This document shows positions 37,976-47,086 of a stretch of 59,687 nucleotides of DNA, in pieces. Made by a program: the position numbers and the translations under genes. This DNA is from a virus (lineage: Duplodnaviria; Caudoviricetes): positions 1 to 59,687 of the IMG/VR virus record IMGVR_UViG_3300033153_007620, one strand, 5' to 3'. Within the stretch, counting starts at the first letter, position 1. Each line of letters starts with the position of its first letter. The notes under the pieces were generated by a model, which ran no database searches, was not told the DNA's origin, and was given only the letters and a program-made list of their open reading frames with translations.

Positions 37976-38996
37976 AATTCAAAGAAAATATGCGATACCC
38001 ATTGCTGGGCTAGTTTTAATATCTGTTGCTATAGCATTCACTTTTTTAAGTTCCTTTCAGATGCGAGTATTCGATAATCAGGTTATTAAATCTGGAATAG
38101 AAAAGAATATGGAGATAGAGTATGTCAGAGCAGCACAATTTCAATTAATCTCAGCAGAATTGGACCATGCTCTTGATGGTGCCGGTATTCTTGGACGTAT
38201 TCAAATTGCTAAAATTGAAAAAGAGATTTTAGCATTAGACAACTTAGCTTTTCATCTTGAAACTTTTAATAATGATGGAAATAAGATTGCCAAAATATTA
38301 GATAAATACACAAGGGGGATTTTTTATGGGAAACCCTCAGATGCTAATGATCCCTTTATAATGATAGTAAATATAAATAAAGAAGCTATTATTGCAACAG
38401 ACACATCTGAGAATTGTGCAGTTTTCAATGAAGATGGAACACCACAAAGAACCCGTACTTTAGATGAAGAGTATCCTATGCATGCAAATGTTCTTCTTGC
38501 GGAAACAGCTTTTCCTAGAATTGTAATGAATGATGCATGGACGTTAAAAACACCTATATTTTTTCAATTCTTAGGGGATACTCCTTTACTTTTAGAATCT
38601 TTTGATCTTGAGGGACTACGAACAAACTTCCTGTTGAATGAAGGACGTTGGGATATCACTTTTAAAAATTTGGAATTTCTTGTACCAACTTACTTGCATG
38701 GAGATAAAGATGTTTTAGGAGTTCAAAGGGTCACAAATAGAGGATATTTAAATGATGATATAAAAATTATTATCTATGTTGTAGCTTTTAAATTCTTTGA
38801 TTATATTGAAGAAGATCCACGGATAATTGAATACTTAGCGAAATATGATTTCAGAGTTACAGAGATTGAAAATTATCATATTGCCGAAGTTGAACTATTA
38901 GAAGCTAATATAATTACTTATAAGCTTGCAAGTGTATTGCTGAATTTTATTATTGGACTAGCTATGCTATCACTCTATGTAATCTTAAAGGAGTGA
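37965..38996 (+). CDS. Membrane protein with N- and C-terminal TM helices
   Basis: IPIAGLVLISVAIAFTFL and LASVLLNFIIGLAMLSLYVIL. Confidence 0.6.
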   Translation: MKHKIQRKYAIPIAGLVLISVAIAFTFLSSFQMRVFDNQVIKSGIEKNMEIEYVRAAQFQLISAELDHALDGAGILGRIQIAKIEKEILALDNLAFHLETFNNDGNKIAKILDKYTRGIFYGKPSDANDPFIMIVNINKEAIIATDTSENCAVFNEDGTPQRTRTLDEEYPMHANVLLAETAFPRIVMNDAWTLKTPIFFQFLGDTPLLLESFDLEGLRTNFLLNEGRWDITFKNLEFLVPTYLHGDKDVLGVQRVTNRGYLNDDIKIIIYVVAFKFFDYIEEDPRIIEYLAKYDFRVTEIENYHIAEVELLEANIITYKLASVLLNFIIGLAMLSLYVILKE

Positions 38997-39000
38997 TGAT

Positions 39001-39336
39001 ATGTGGTATGATATAGCACAGACTTTTGTGCTGGCGTTTTTTGGTACGGTGGCTAGATTTTTGATGCACCGCAAATTATTTACTGGGGATTTAGTAGCCT
39101 TCCCCATTTTGATAACATTATTAATGCTTTTATTTTCTACAAAATTAGAAGGTTTTAATAGAGAAACAATGTGGGGTATTTCTGGAATTGCTGGATTTAC
39201 ACTTCCAACTTTTAAAAATTGGTTGGGTAATACAACTATAGCAAAATTGATTCATGCATATTTCACCGGAGCTAAAAGTGGAGCAGATAGTATGCTTGAA
39301 AAACTTGGTGAAGAATTAGAAAAGAATGAGGATTAA
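39001..39336 (+). CDS. Putative holin
   Basis: 111 aa, about 3 TM segments, charged C-tail. Confidence 0.5.
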   Translation: MWYDIAQTFVLAFFGTVARFLMHRKLFTGDLVAFPILITLLMLLFSTKLEGFNRETMWGISGIAGFTLPTFKNWLGNTTIAKLIHAYFTGAKSGADSMLEKLGEELEKNED

Positions 39337-39339
39337 TAC

Positions 39340-39458
39340 TTGACAGATTTAGTATTCCATGCTATAATGATAGTATGAGTAAATAAAAATAACTTTCTTT
39401 CTCTCGATCGAGACTGGTAGTTATAAAAATTATCAGGAGAGAAAGGAAGATTATTATG
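39340..39458 (+). promoter_or_regulatory. HNH leader copy C: promoter, minigene MSK, RBS hairpin
   Basis: TTGACA-17-TATAAT-6-ATGAGTAAATAA; stem CTTTCTTTCTCTC/GAGAGAAAGGAAG. Confidence 0.8.
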
Positions 39459-40595
39459 AAAAAAAGTGAATGTTTAATAACAGAAGAAGGAAGGGAATGC
39501 ACTTGTTGTGGTGTATTTAAAAAATGGGAAGGATACCATAAAGATAAAACTAGTTCAACTGGACATGGTACACAATGTAAAGTTTGTAAAAATAAAAAAG
39601 ATGCCAAACGAAGAAGATCTCAAGGAATGAATATAAGATCAGAATATGAAGTAGACGAGCACGGTAGAGAATGTACTTGTTGTGGAGAATATAAGTTATA
39701 TGCTGAATTTTATAAAGATAAAAATGGCATTAATAGCTATGACAGTAGATGTAAACTATGTACTAATACAATAAATACAGAAAAAAGAAGATTGGCAGGA
39801 ATGAAACCCCTATCTGAATCAAAGATTGATGATGATGGCAGAGAATGTTCTGAGTGTGGCATTTATAAATTATGGAAAGGTTTCAACAAACAGACAACAG
39901 GCATAAATGGACATAGTAATAATTGTAGAGTATGTGCAGCAAAAAGGCATTCAGAATGGTATAAAAAGAGTACAAAGAATAAAAAGAGTCGAAGGGATAT
40001 AGCACAGGAGAAATATTCAATAGATGAATATGGGCGCAAATGTACTGAATGTGGTGTGTATAAGTTCTGGGAAAATTTCTATGCTCAGAAAACTGGCATT
40101 CATGAGCATACTGCTAAATGTAAATCTAAAAAAACAAAAAGACACAAGAAATACCAAGAAGAACATAGAGAAGAGGCAAATAAACGTGATAGAGATAGAC
40201 GTAAAAATGACCCAGAATACCGATTAAAGGATATACTTCGTAGAAGATTACATGACGCTCTTACTTCTCAAAATGCTAAAAAATTTGACCATACAATGGA
40301 TCTCATAGGCTGTACTCCCAAGTTTCTTCTTAACCACCTGAACACAGTTGCTTCTAATGGATTGAAATTCGAAGATAAAGAAATTCAAGTAGATCATATT
40401 ATTCCGTGTGCAGCATTTAATTTACAAGACGAATTAGAGCAGCTTGTTTGTTTTAATTGGAGAAATTGCCAACTATTAACGGCAACAGATAATAGTTCTA
40501 AAAATGATAAATTGCCCATTAACGCCGAAGAATTACGTAATGAAATAAAAGAGGAAGTATTAAAAGAACGCCCACATTTAGCAAATACTGTATAA
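39456..40595 (+). CDS. HNH homing endonuclease with 4 Zn modules
   Basis: VDHIIPCAAFNL..CFNWRNCQLL..DNSSK. Confidence 0.8.
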   Translation: MKKSECLITEEGRECTCCGVFKKWEGYHKDKTSSTGHGTQCKVCKNKKDAKRRRSQGMNIRSEYEVDEHGRECTCCGEYKLYAEFYKDKNGINSYDSRCKLCTNTINTEKRRLAGMKPLSESKIDDDGRECSECGIYKLWKGFNKQTTGINGHSNNCRVCAAKRHSEWYKKSTKNKKSRRDIAQEKYSIDEYGRKCTECGVYKFWENFYAQKTGIHEHTAKCKSKKTKRHKKYQEEHREEANKRDRDRRKNDPEYRLKDILRRRLHDALTSQNAKKFDHTMDLIGCTPKFLLNHLNTVASNGLKFEDKEIQVDHIIPCAAFNLQDELEQLVCFNWRNCQLLTATDNSSKNDKLPINAEELRNEIKEEVLKERPHLANTV

Positions 40596-40610
40596 CTTAA
40601 TGGACAATAA

Positions 40611-41177
40611 ATGTCCGAAGGAAAGGAAATGACTATTACATTTGTTGTAGAAGATGGCACAGGATTAAGCGATGCCACTTCTTACTGTACTGTAGACGAG
40701 TTTAAACAATATTGGTTTAATAAAAATTATGACTATAACAATCTTACTGAAGATCAAATTAAACGTCTTTTAAATGATGTGACTGCCTATATTGATAATA
40801 GTTACAGAAATGGTTTCCCCGGAAAAAGGGATACCACTACACAAAGCTTGGAATGGGGACGAGAAGATGCTTATTATTTGGATGGATTTACTATTGATGA
40901 TGGAACTGTCCCTCCTGAAATAAAATCGGCAGTTAATGAAATGTCGTATCTTGTTACCCAAGGAAATGATCCAGAAGCTATTATTAGTAAGTCTGGTAAA
41001 ATATTAAAAGAGGCTTCTCAGGTAGATGTTATAAAGGAAAGTTTTACATATGAGGAAGGTTCTCCTATGTCACAGGATATTTATACATCAGTTGATAATA
41101 TTTTGAGTAGAATCACAGGAGGCGTCAAAGATGCCTACGTTATTAAAGTAATCAGGGTCGGAGGTGAATCCGCCTAA
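40611..41177 (+). CDS. Head-tail adaptor (DnaT-like phage family)
   Basis: FVVEDGTGLSDATSY..QSLEWGR..VPPEIKSA. Confidence 0.75.
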   Translation: MSEGKEMTITFVVEDGTGLSDATSYCTVDEFKQYWFNKNYDYNNLTEDQIKRLLNDVTAYIDNSYRNGFPGKRDTTTQSLEWGREDAYYLDGFTIDDGTVPPEIKSAVNEMSYLVTQGNDPEAIISKSGKILKEASQVDVIKESFTYEEGSPMSQDIYTSVDNILSRITGGVKDAYVIKVIRVGGESA

Positions 41178-41191
41178 CAAGGGGAGAATAA

Positions 41192-41587
41192 ATGGCAACA
41201 ATTTTTTTGGCGAATTCGGAAATATATGTCGTTGCAAGTAATATGGATCAGGCGGTGGAAAAATACTATGAAAATAAATCCACATATCCAACTACAATGA
41301 TAACATTTAAAGGTCCAGATTATACACTAACAGAATCAACGGTAGCAGCAATCACACCTGTGGTGTTACCAGCAGGAGCAGTTACGGCAGGATGTACTGT
41401 AATTCCAGATACAGTGGCATACATTAAAGAGGGGGATCAAATAACTCTTACAGCAACAGGAGCTGGAGCATATCCTACCTTCGTTAATTGGACAGACTCT
41501 GAAAGTGCAGTACTATCTACTGATAACCCTTACACTTATACCGCAACAGCATCTGATATTACAATCAATGGTAACTTTTCCGCATAA
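41192..41587 (+). CDS. Virion protein with InlB B-repeat/Ig-like domain
   Basis: EGDQITLTAT..FVNWTD..LSTDNPYTYT..ITINGNF. Confidence 0.6.
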   Translation: MATIFLANSEIYVVASNMDQAVEKYYENKSTYPTTMITFKGPDYTLTESTVAAITPVVLPAGAVTAGCTVIPDTVAYIKEGDQITLTATGAGAYPTFVNWTDSESAVLSTDNPYTYTATASDITINGNFSA

Positions 41588-41769
41588 TGGATATTGAAGA
41601 ACTTACAAACTTGGTTAAAGAGCAAATGGAAAACAGGAATTATGAAGAAAGTATAGAATTCCTCAAGGCTGTGGGAGTTATTGATGAAGATGGTTGTTTG
41701 TCGGAGAACTTTTATTCACGAGAGGTTATTGAAGAATATAACAAAGAGGTAATTAATGGCAAAGTATAA
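41587..41769 (+). CDS. Hypothetical protein
   Basis: TAATG coupling. Confidence 0.45.
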   Translation: MDIEELTNLVKEQMENRNYEESIEFLKAVGVIDEDGCLSENFYSREVIEEYNKEVINGKV

Positions 41770-42163
41770 TTATGATCCAATAACTGCTAAGGCTTTAGAA
41801 CTCGTGAATAAATATGGTACGGATATATATTTGTTGAAAGATAGTAGTTTATTATGGAAAAAGAAATATGATAGGGTGTTATTGAAAGAGTATTGGGAGA
41901 ACACAGATACTACGGAGATAGTTTTTGTTCAGCCGGAGATGGAAGAATATCTGGGAGATGGTGTATTAACGAAGTTTAAGCAGGAAGAGATTGATGGGAA
42001 ATTAATTAAGAAGACTGATACATTGATTATTGCTACTAAAATTCCAGAGCCGGAGCTAGGTGATAAAATAAGAATAGGAAGTACGGAGTACAAGTACATC
42101 AATCATGAATCTGTAATGCCTAATAATGTAGTTATCATATATAAGGTGCAGGTACGAATTTAA
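41756..42163 (+). CDS. Head closure protein
   Basis: EEIDGKLIKKTD..PELGDKI..IYKVQVR; position. Confidence 0.65.
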   Translation: MAKYNYDPITAKALELVNKYGTDIYLLKDSSLLWKKKYDRVLLKEYWENTDTTEIVFVQPEMEEYLGDGVLTKFKQEEIDGKLIKKTDTLIIATKIPEPELGDKIRIGSTEYKYINHESVMPNNVVIIYKVQVRI

Positions 42164-42171
42164 AAAAGTGC

Positions 42172-42200
42172 TTGACAGATTTAGCGAATGGGTGTATAAT
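42172..42200 (+). promoter_or_regulatory. sigma70-type promoter inside neck module
   Basis: AAAAGTGC-TTGACA-17-TATAAT. Confidence 0.7.
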
Positions 42201-42212
42201 AAGAGGTAAGGG

Positions 42213-42722
42213 ATGGGAAACTCTAAGAAGTTTATTGCTGATATCGAAAAATTTGGGGAAGCGGTAGAAGCGAGTTCCGAATTAGTTAAGAGAGAAGTGG
42301 CACGTAATTTATTTACCAAGATTATAGATAGAACACCTATTTGGTTCCTCCATGAAGATCCCGGAGGTACGAAAGGAGCATGGAGACCGTCAAATGGCAG
42401 ACCAATAACAGCATTCATTAATCGAAAAGATCCTAGCGGTGAGGCAGTAAAAAAGATAATGGAACAAGTTATTGCACGATCCAAAGCTGGAAAATCTATA
42501 TATCTAACCAATGCTTCCAAACACATATTTGTTTTAGAGGACGGGAAATTTCCGATTGGTGGGAAAGGTTCTTGGAATAGTATTACTCAGCAATTTGAAA
42601 AAAGATCTGAAGGTGGATATTCAACTCAATTAAAAGGTGCAGGAATGGTTAAGATCAGCTTATCCGAATTCGAAGAAATTGTAGCCAGAGCTGTGAGAAA
42701 ATACCGAGTGAAAATATATTAA
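42213..42722 (+). CDS. Neck/tail-completion protein (HK97 gp10-like)
   Basis: IIDRTP..G..W..IYLTN..LEDG..GYSTQ..GMVKIS. Confidence 0.7.
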   Translation: MGNSKKFIADIEKFGEAVEASSELVKREVARNLFTKIIDRTPIWFLHEDPGGTKGAWRPSNGRPITAFINRKDPSGEAVKKIMEQVIARSKAGKSIYLTNASKHIFVLEDGKFPIGGKGSWNSITQQFEKRSEGGYSTQLKGAGMVKISLSEFEEIVARAVRKYRVKIY

Positions 42723-42746
42723 AGATAAAATAAAATAAAAAAGTAC

Positions 42747-42775
42747 TTGACAAATAACGGATTCCGTGTTATACT
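42747..42775 (+). promoter_or_regulatory. sigma70-type promoter inside neck module
   Basis: AAAAGTAC-TTGACA-17-TATACT. Confidence 0.7.
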
Positions 42776-42794
42776 TATAGGAGTGAAATAAAAA

Positions 42795-43229
42795 ATGATT
42801 GAACTTGACATCAAAAGCGGGCTTATGGAACAATTAAATTCTTTCATTCAAGCCTACCCGATAGAAATAAAAGATACAGGCATTTCATACGATCCTGATG
42901 TGAGCACTCCATTTTTAGAAGTTTCTGTACTTTATGGCGAACCGAATCAAGTCACGTTCGGCAGTATAGCCCAGAATAGGTATAATGGTATCCTGCAAAT
43001 AGATATCAATATTCCATCAGGACAGGGGGAAGGTAAGCTCAAAGAAATACTGAGAGCTATTGAGCCATTTTTTCGCAGAGGAATTTCAATAACACACACT
43101 ACAGATTTATCTGAGCAAGTGGTTATACGAGTACTGAAAACTTATTTGAGTGATAACATCTATGAAAGTAAGCCAAACATGTATGCTAGGATTTTAAATA
43201 TACAGTGGAGATGTGATTTGGATAATTAA
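42795..43229 (+). CDS. Tail terminator (DUF4128-like)
   Basis: RYNGILQIDINIPSGQG..FFRRG. Confidence 0.7.
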   Translation: MIELDIKSGLMEQLNSFIQAYPIEIKDTGISYDPDVSTPFLEVSVLYGEPNQVTFGSIAQNRYNGILQIDINIPSGQGEGKLKEILRAIEPFFRRGISITHTTDLSEQVVIRVLKTYLSDNIYESKPNMYARILNIQWRCDLDN

Positions 43230-43236
43230 AAAGTGC

Positions 43237-43359
43237 TTGACAGATTTAGGAAAGTGTGTTATACTTACAGTATGAAAAAATTAAATTAATAACTGTCTTC
43301 TTCTTCGTACGAAGCTGATAGTTGTAAAATTATCAGGAAGAGGGAGACAGTGTTTTATG
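43237..43359 (+). promoter_or_regulatory. HNH leader copy D: promoter, minigene MKKLN, RBS hairpin
   Basis: TTGACA-17-TATACT-6-ATGAAAAAATTAAATTAA; stem CTGTCTTCTTCTTC/GAAGAGGGAGACAG. Confidence 0.8.
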
Positions 43360-44286
43360 CCAAAGAAGTTAACGTATGAGTTTGTAAAGGGGATGTTTGA
43401 GGAAGGTGGATGTGAACTTGTTTCAACGGAGTATGTAAATGATGATACCAGATTACAATACATGTGTTCATGTGGAAATCTTGAGATACAAAAAATTACA
43501 TATGCAAGTTTCCGAAAAGGACGTAGATGTAAGAAATGTGGTACAGAAAGAAGAGCTTCCCTCAGACGCCATTCTTACGCTTTTATACAATCTGAATTTG
43601 AGAAAGCAGGATGTAAATTACTCTCATCAGAATATATGAATAAAGATACAATCTTAAAGTACATGTGTTCATGCGGTAATTCAGAAGTACAGAAGATTAC
43701 TTATGGGGCGTTCCGAATAGGACACCGCTGTAAAAAATGTGGTATTGAAAAAATTGCTTCTTCCAGACGATTATCCTATGATTATGTTAAATCAGAATTT
43801 GAAAAAGCTGGATGCAAATTACTTTCAACAGAATACATAAATAATAGACAATATCTGAAATATTATTGTTCGTGTGGAAATCCTAAAATACAAAAGATTG
43901 TTTATAGTGCTTTTCAAAAGGGACATCGTTGCAACAAATGTGGCATCGAAAAACGTCAAGGTGAAAATAGCCACAATTGGAGTTATACTTTAACACAAGA
44001 GGAAAGGGAAACAGGTCGCAATTATCCTGAATACAAGCAATGGATAAAAGATATCTATAAACGTGATCATTACGCTTGTCAAAAATGTGGGAGCAAAAAA
44101 AGTGGGAATCTAAATGCTCATCATATTGCTGGTTATACTCAAAATAAAGATCTAAGGATAGAACTTTCAAATGGTGTAACATTATGTAAAGATTGCCACA
44201 AAGAGTTCCATAAAAAATATTCTTATACTAAGTCCACTCCAGCAGATTTTCAAGAGTTTATGCAGGAAAAGAAAGTTCCTAACTAG
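43357..44286 (+). CDS. HNH homing endonuclease with 3 GC.L.S.EY..YxCSCGN..RCxxC repeats
   Basis: RDHYACQKCG..LNAHHI..NGVTLCKDCHKEFH. Confidence 0.85.
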   Translation: MPKKLTYEFVKGMFEEGGCELVSTEYVNDDTRLQYMCSCGNLEIQKITYASFRKGRRCKKCGTERRASLRRHSYAFIQSEFEKAGCKLLSSEYMNKDTILKYMCSCGNSEVQKITYGAFRIGHRCKKCGIEKIASSRRLSYDYVKSEFEKAGCKLLSTEYINNRQYLKYYCSCGNPKIQKIVYSAFQKGHRCNKCGIEKRQGENSHNWSYTLTQEERETGRNYPEYKQWIKDIYKRDHYACQKCGSKKSGNLNAHHIAGYTQNKDLRIELSNGVTLCKDCHKEFHKKYSYTKSTPADFQEFMQEKKVPN

Positions 44287-44417
44287 AGTTATTAGTATGC
44301 AAGCCAAATCTGACATAAACAATTAAATCACAAATCATAGTGCATCATTTCAGGAGAAATTATCCACTAATTATTATAAACAAAGAGACTCACAATAGAT
44401 GAGAAAAGGAGATAAGA

Positions 44418-45854
44418 ATGGCTAATGGATCAGAACGTAAAATAGTGTATAGTATTGAGGATTCACCGGGAGAATTAAACAGCCCAAACCTCTGCAAAAC
44501 ATTGAGGACGGTTACTGGGAGTGGTATATCTAATGATCGTACTGCGATCACAAGTAACGAGATAAGAGATGACAGACAAATAATCTTCAGCAAATTGGGT
44601 AATACGGCTCCAGCATTGACTGTGCCATTTGAATTTTCCTATGATAGCTATGATGATTTAATTGCATGTGCTATGGGGAATGTATGGACAGGAGGAATGA
44701 CAGCAACAATCAACATGGACATGTCAACAGGTGGTGTTATAACAAGAAATGATGGAGGATCATGGTTAGTTGATGGTTATACAGTTGGAACTTTTGTGAC
44801 TATTGAAGGTCTTGTTGTGACCGCTGAAGATGGGTCCTACGAGGTTACTGTCGTAACGGCAAATGATTTAACTGTGCAGGAAATACCTGCTGCTGGTGCA
44901 GCCACATTTACAGCCGAAGTTGGTGGTGACATCACTTTCACAGCCGGAGCTTATGGTGAGAAAATTATCACAAGTGTCTCAGATACAGTGACCGTTGTAG
45001 CTTCTACAAAGACAATAACTCTAGCCGGAACCCTCACTTGGGATGTCAATATTGAAGTCGGAGATCGATTGTATTTTAACGATTTCGTTAATGCCGGAAA
45101 CAATGGTTGGAAAGAAGTAACTGGCAGAAGTGGTTTAGCATTGACCTTCGCAAATGATACACTTGTGGATGAAGTTATCAATAGTGCTTCCAGTCTTACG
45201 TTTTCAACTGCTGCTGGAATTATTACAGTAGGCACTGATCTCAAAACACTCTTCATAGAAGAGCAGTTCACAGATGCAACTGAGTTTGTGTATATACAGG
45301 GTGCAAAAGTTGATTCATTCAATCTATCCATGCAGCCGGAGGCGATTCTGACTGGAGATTTTGGGATCCAAGGTCAGAAGTATTCAGGATATTCAGGAGC
45401 AACATCTTCCGATAGTGTAGAAGCTTCAAATATAAATACTGCATTTGACAGTTTTACCGGATTTATGGATCTTGGAGGAATTGCTACCTGTGTCGTATCA
45501 GGATTCGACTTTTCCCTTGCGAATGGACTCAGCCGAGACTACGCTCTACTTGAGCAGGACGCTTGTAGAATTGGAGAAGGGAGATCCACTACAACTGCCA
45601 GCCTCTCTGGTTTCTTTATCGATTCTACGGTTGTTGATCTGTACGACAATGAAACATATTTTAAAGGTGTATTAAACTTTCAGGATGTAGACGGTAATGG
45701 GTATACTTTCGTTTTTCCAAGAATCAAACTTAATAGTCATTCCTTAGATATTCCTGAGAACAGCATTACTTTTTCAGCAGGCGCTGACATTTTGGGTGGT
45801 TCAACCGATGGACTTACTAATGTAGCAATACACAGAATTCCAGTGATAAGTTAG
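44418..45854 (+). CDS. Major tail tube protein
   Basis: MANGS..SNEIRDDRQI..FEFSYDSYDDLI..FIEEQFTD; position before chaperone and TMP. Confidence 0.8.
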   Translation: MANGSERKIVYSIEDSPGELNSPNLCKTLRTVTGSGISNDRTAITSNEIRDDRQIIFSKLGNTAPALTVPFEFSYDSYDDLIACAMGNVWTGGMTATINMDMSTGGVITRNDGGSWLVDGYTVGTFVTIEGLVVTAEDGSYEVTVVTANDLTVQEIPAAGAATFTAEVGGDITFTAGAYGEKIITSVSDTVTVVASTKTITLAGTLTWDVNIEVGDRLYFNDFVNAGNNGWKEVTGRSGLALTFANDTLVDEVINSASSLTFSTAAGIITVGTDLKTLFIEEQFTDATEFVYIQGAKVDSFNLSMQPEAILTGDFGIQGQKYSGYSGATSSDSVEASNINTAFDSFTGFMDLGGIATCVVSGFDFSLANGLSRDYALLEQDACRIGEGRSTTTASLSGFFIDSTVVDLYDNETYFKGVLNFQDVDGNGYTFVFPRIKLNSHSLDIPENSITFSAGADILGGSTDGLTNVAIHRIPVIS

Positions 45855-45910
45855 AATTTAAATTAGTTATTAAGTCAGGTGCACACTGGCTTCTTAATAT
45901 TCTCTTGTGT

Positions 45911-45941
45911 GCAGTGGTGGTTTAGGGCACCACTGCTTTTT
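45911..45941 (+). terminator. Intrinsic terminator after tail tube
   Basis: GCAGTGGTG/CACCACTGC plus TTTTT. Confidence 0.7.
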
Positions 45942-45976
45942 ATTGCAAGAGAAAACAAAAACATAAGAGGAAATTT

Positions 45977-46570
45977 ATGAATAAAGAATTAATTGAAGAA
46001 TGGAAAGATATTGAGGGATACGAAGGAAAATACCAAATAAGTAATTATGGATATGTTAAATCCCTTGCACAAGGCAATCCAAAAAAAGTACAAGATAGGA
46101 TTTTAAAATTTGGGAAAAATCACAAAGGCTATTTACGTGCAGTACTATATCAAAATGGAAAACGTAAATACATTGCTGTCCATAAATTAGTAGCACAAAC
46201 ATTCTTATTCGATTATGATTCTGCAAAGCAAATAGATCATAAAGATTTGAATAGATTAAATAATCGAGTAGGTAATTTGAGAATGTGTACACAGGGACAA
46301 AATCAAGGAAATTCACCTAAAATAACTAAGAAATGTTCTTCTATATTTAAAGGGGTTCGTTGGAGAAAAGACAATCGGAAGTGGAGTACACACATCACTT
46401 ATGATCACAAGACTTATGTATTAGGTTGTTTTACCACGCAAATAAAAGCAGCTAAAGCCTATGATAGAAAGGCTATTGAATTATTTGGGGAGTTTGTCTA
46501 CACTAATGAGAAAAATGGATTATACCAACAATATTATATATTGCTAGAAGAAGGAAAGATTGGAGCATAG
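45977..46570 (+). CDS. NUMOD4-HNH-AP2 homing endonuclease
   Basis: EEWKDIEGYEGKYQISNYG; IDHKDLNRLNNRVGNLR; SSIFKGV.W..AAKAYD. Confidence 0.9.
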   Translation: MNKELIEEWKDIEGYEGKYQISNYGYVKSLAQGNPKKVQDRILKFGKNHKGYLRAVLYQNGKRKYIAVHKLVAQTFLFDYDSAKQIDHKDLNRLNNRVGNLRMCTQGQNQGNSPKITKKCSSIFKGVRWRKDNRKWSTHITYDHKTYVLGCFTTQIKAAKAYDRKAIELFGEFVYTNEKNGLYQQYYILLEEGKIGA

Positions 46571-46690
46571 ATAAGATATGACTAAAAAGTAAGAGAACTG
46601 CTACTTACATGTTCTATCTATTTAAGAAAATTATAAAAGTAAATAATCAGCTTCGCTGATAAAAATAAAAAACATATGGGAGTATGAAAA

Positions 46691-47086
46691 ATGGATTTAA
46701 TGAAAATGTCGACAAAAGAGATGGCTGAAAAAGGTGTATGGCTTAGTATTTTAGATGTTAATGGTGATACAATGATTGACGAGAAGTCAGGAGAACCAGC
46801 TGCATTTTTAATAGCTGGTACAAATTCTAAAGTGTTTAAAGTACAGCAGAAAGCAACTGGCGATGCGTCACGCAAGAAAAAGAACGGACTATCCACAGCA
46901 GAATCACTACAGCATAATATGAAAATGGTTGCAACATGTGTCTTAGATTGGAAACATATTGAATGGAACAAAGAACCAATCAAATGCACACAGGAAAATG
47001 TACTGATGGTACTTTCCGAAGCTGAACCAGTATATAATCAGGTTCAGGCATTCATACAGGATGCATCAAATTTTTTAGCGAACTGA
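46691..47086 (+). CDS. Tail assembly chaperone (gpG-like)
   Basis: Position between tube and TMP; ends at slippery site. Confidence 0.75.
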   Translation: MDLMKMSTKEMAEKGVWLSILDVNGDTMIDEKSGEPAAFLIAGTNSKVFKVQQKATGDASRKKKNGLSTAESLQHNMKMVATCVLDWKHIEWNKEPIKCTQENVLMVLSEAEPVYNQVQAFIQDASNFLAN

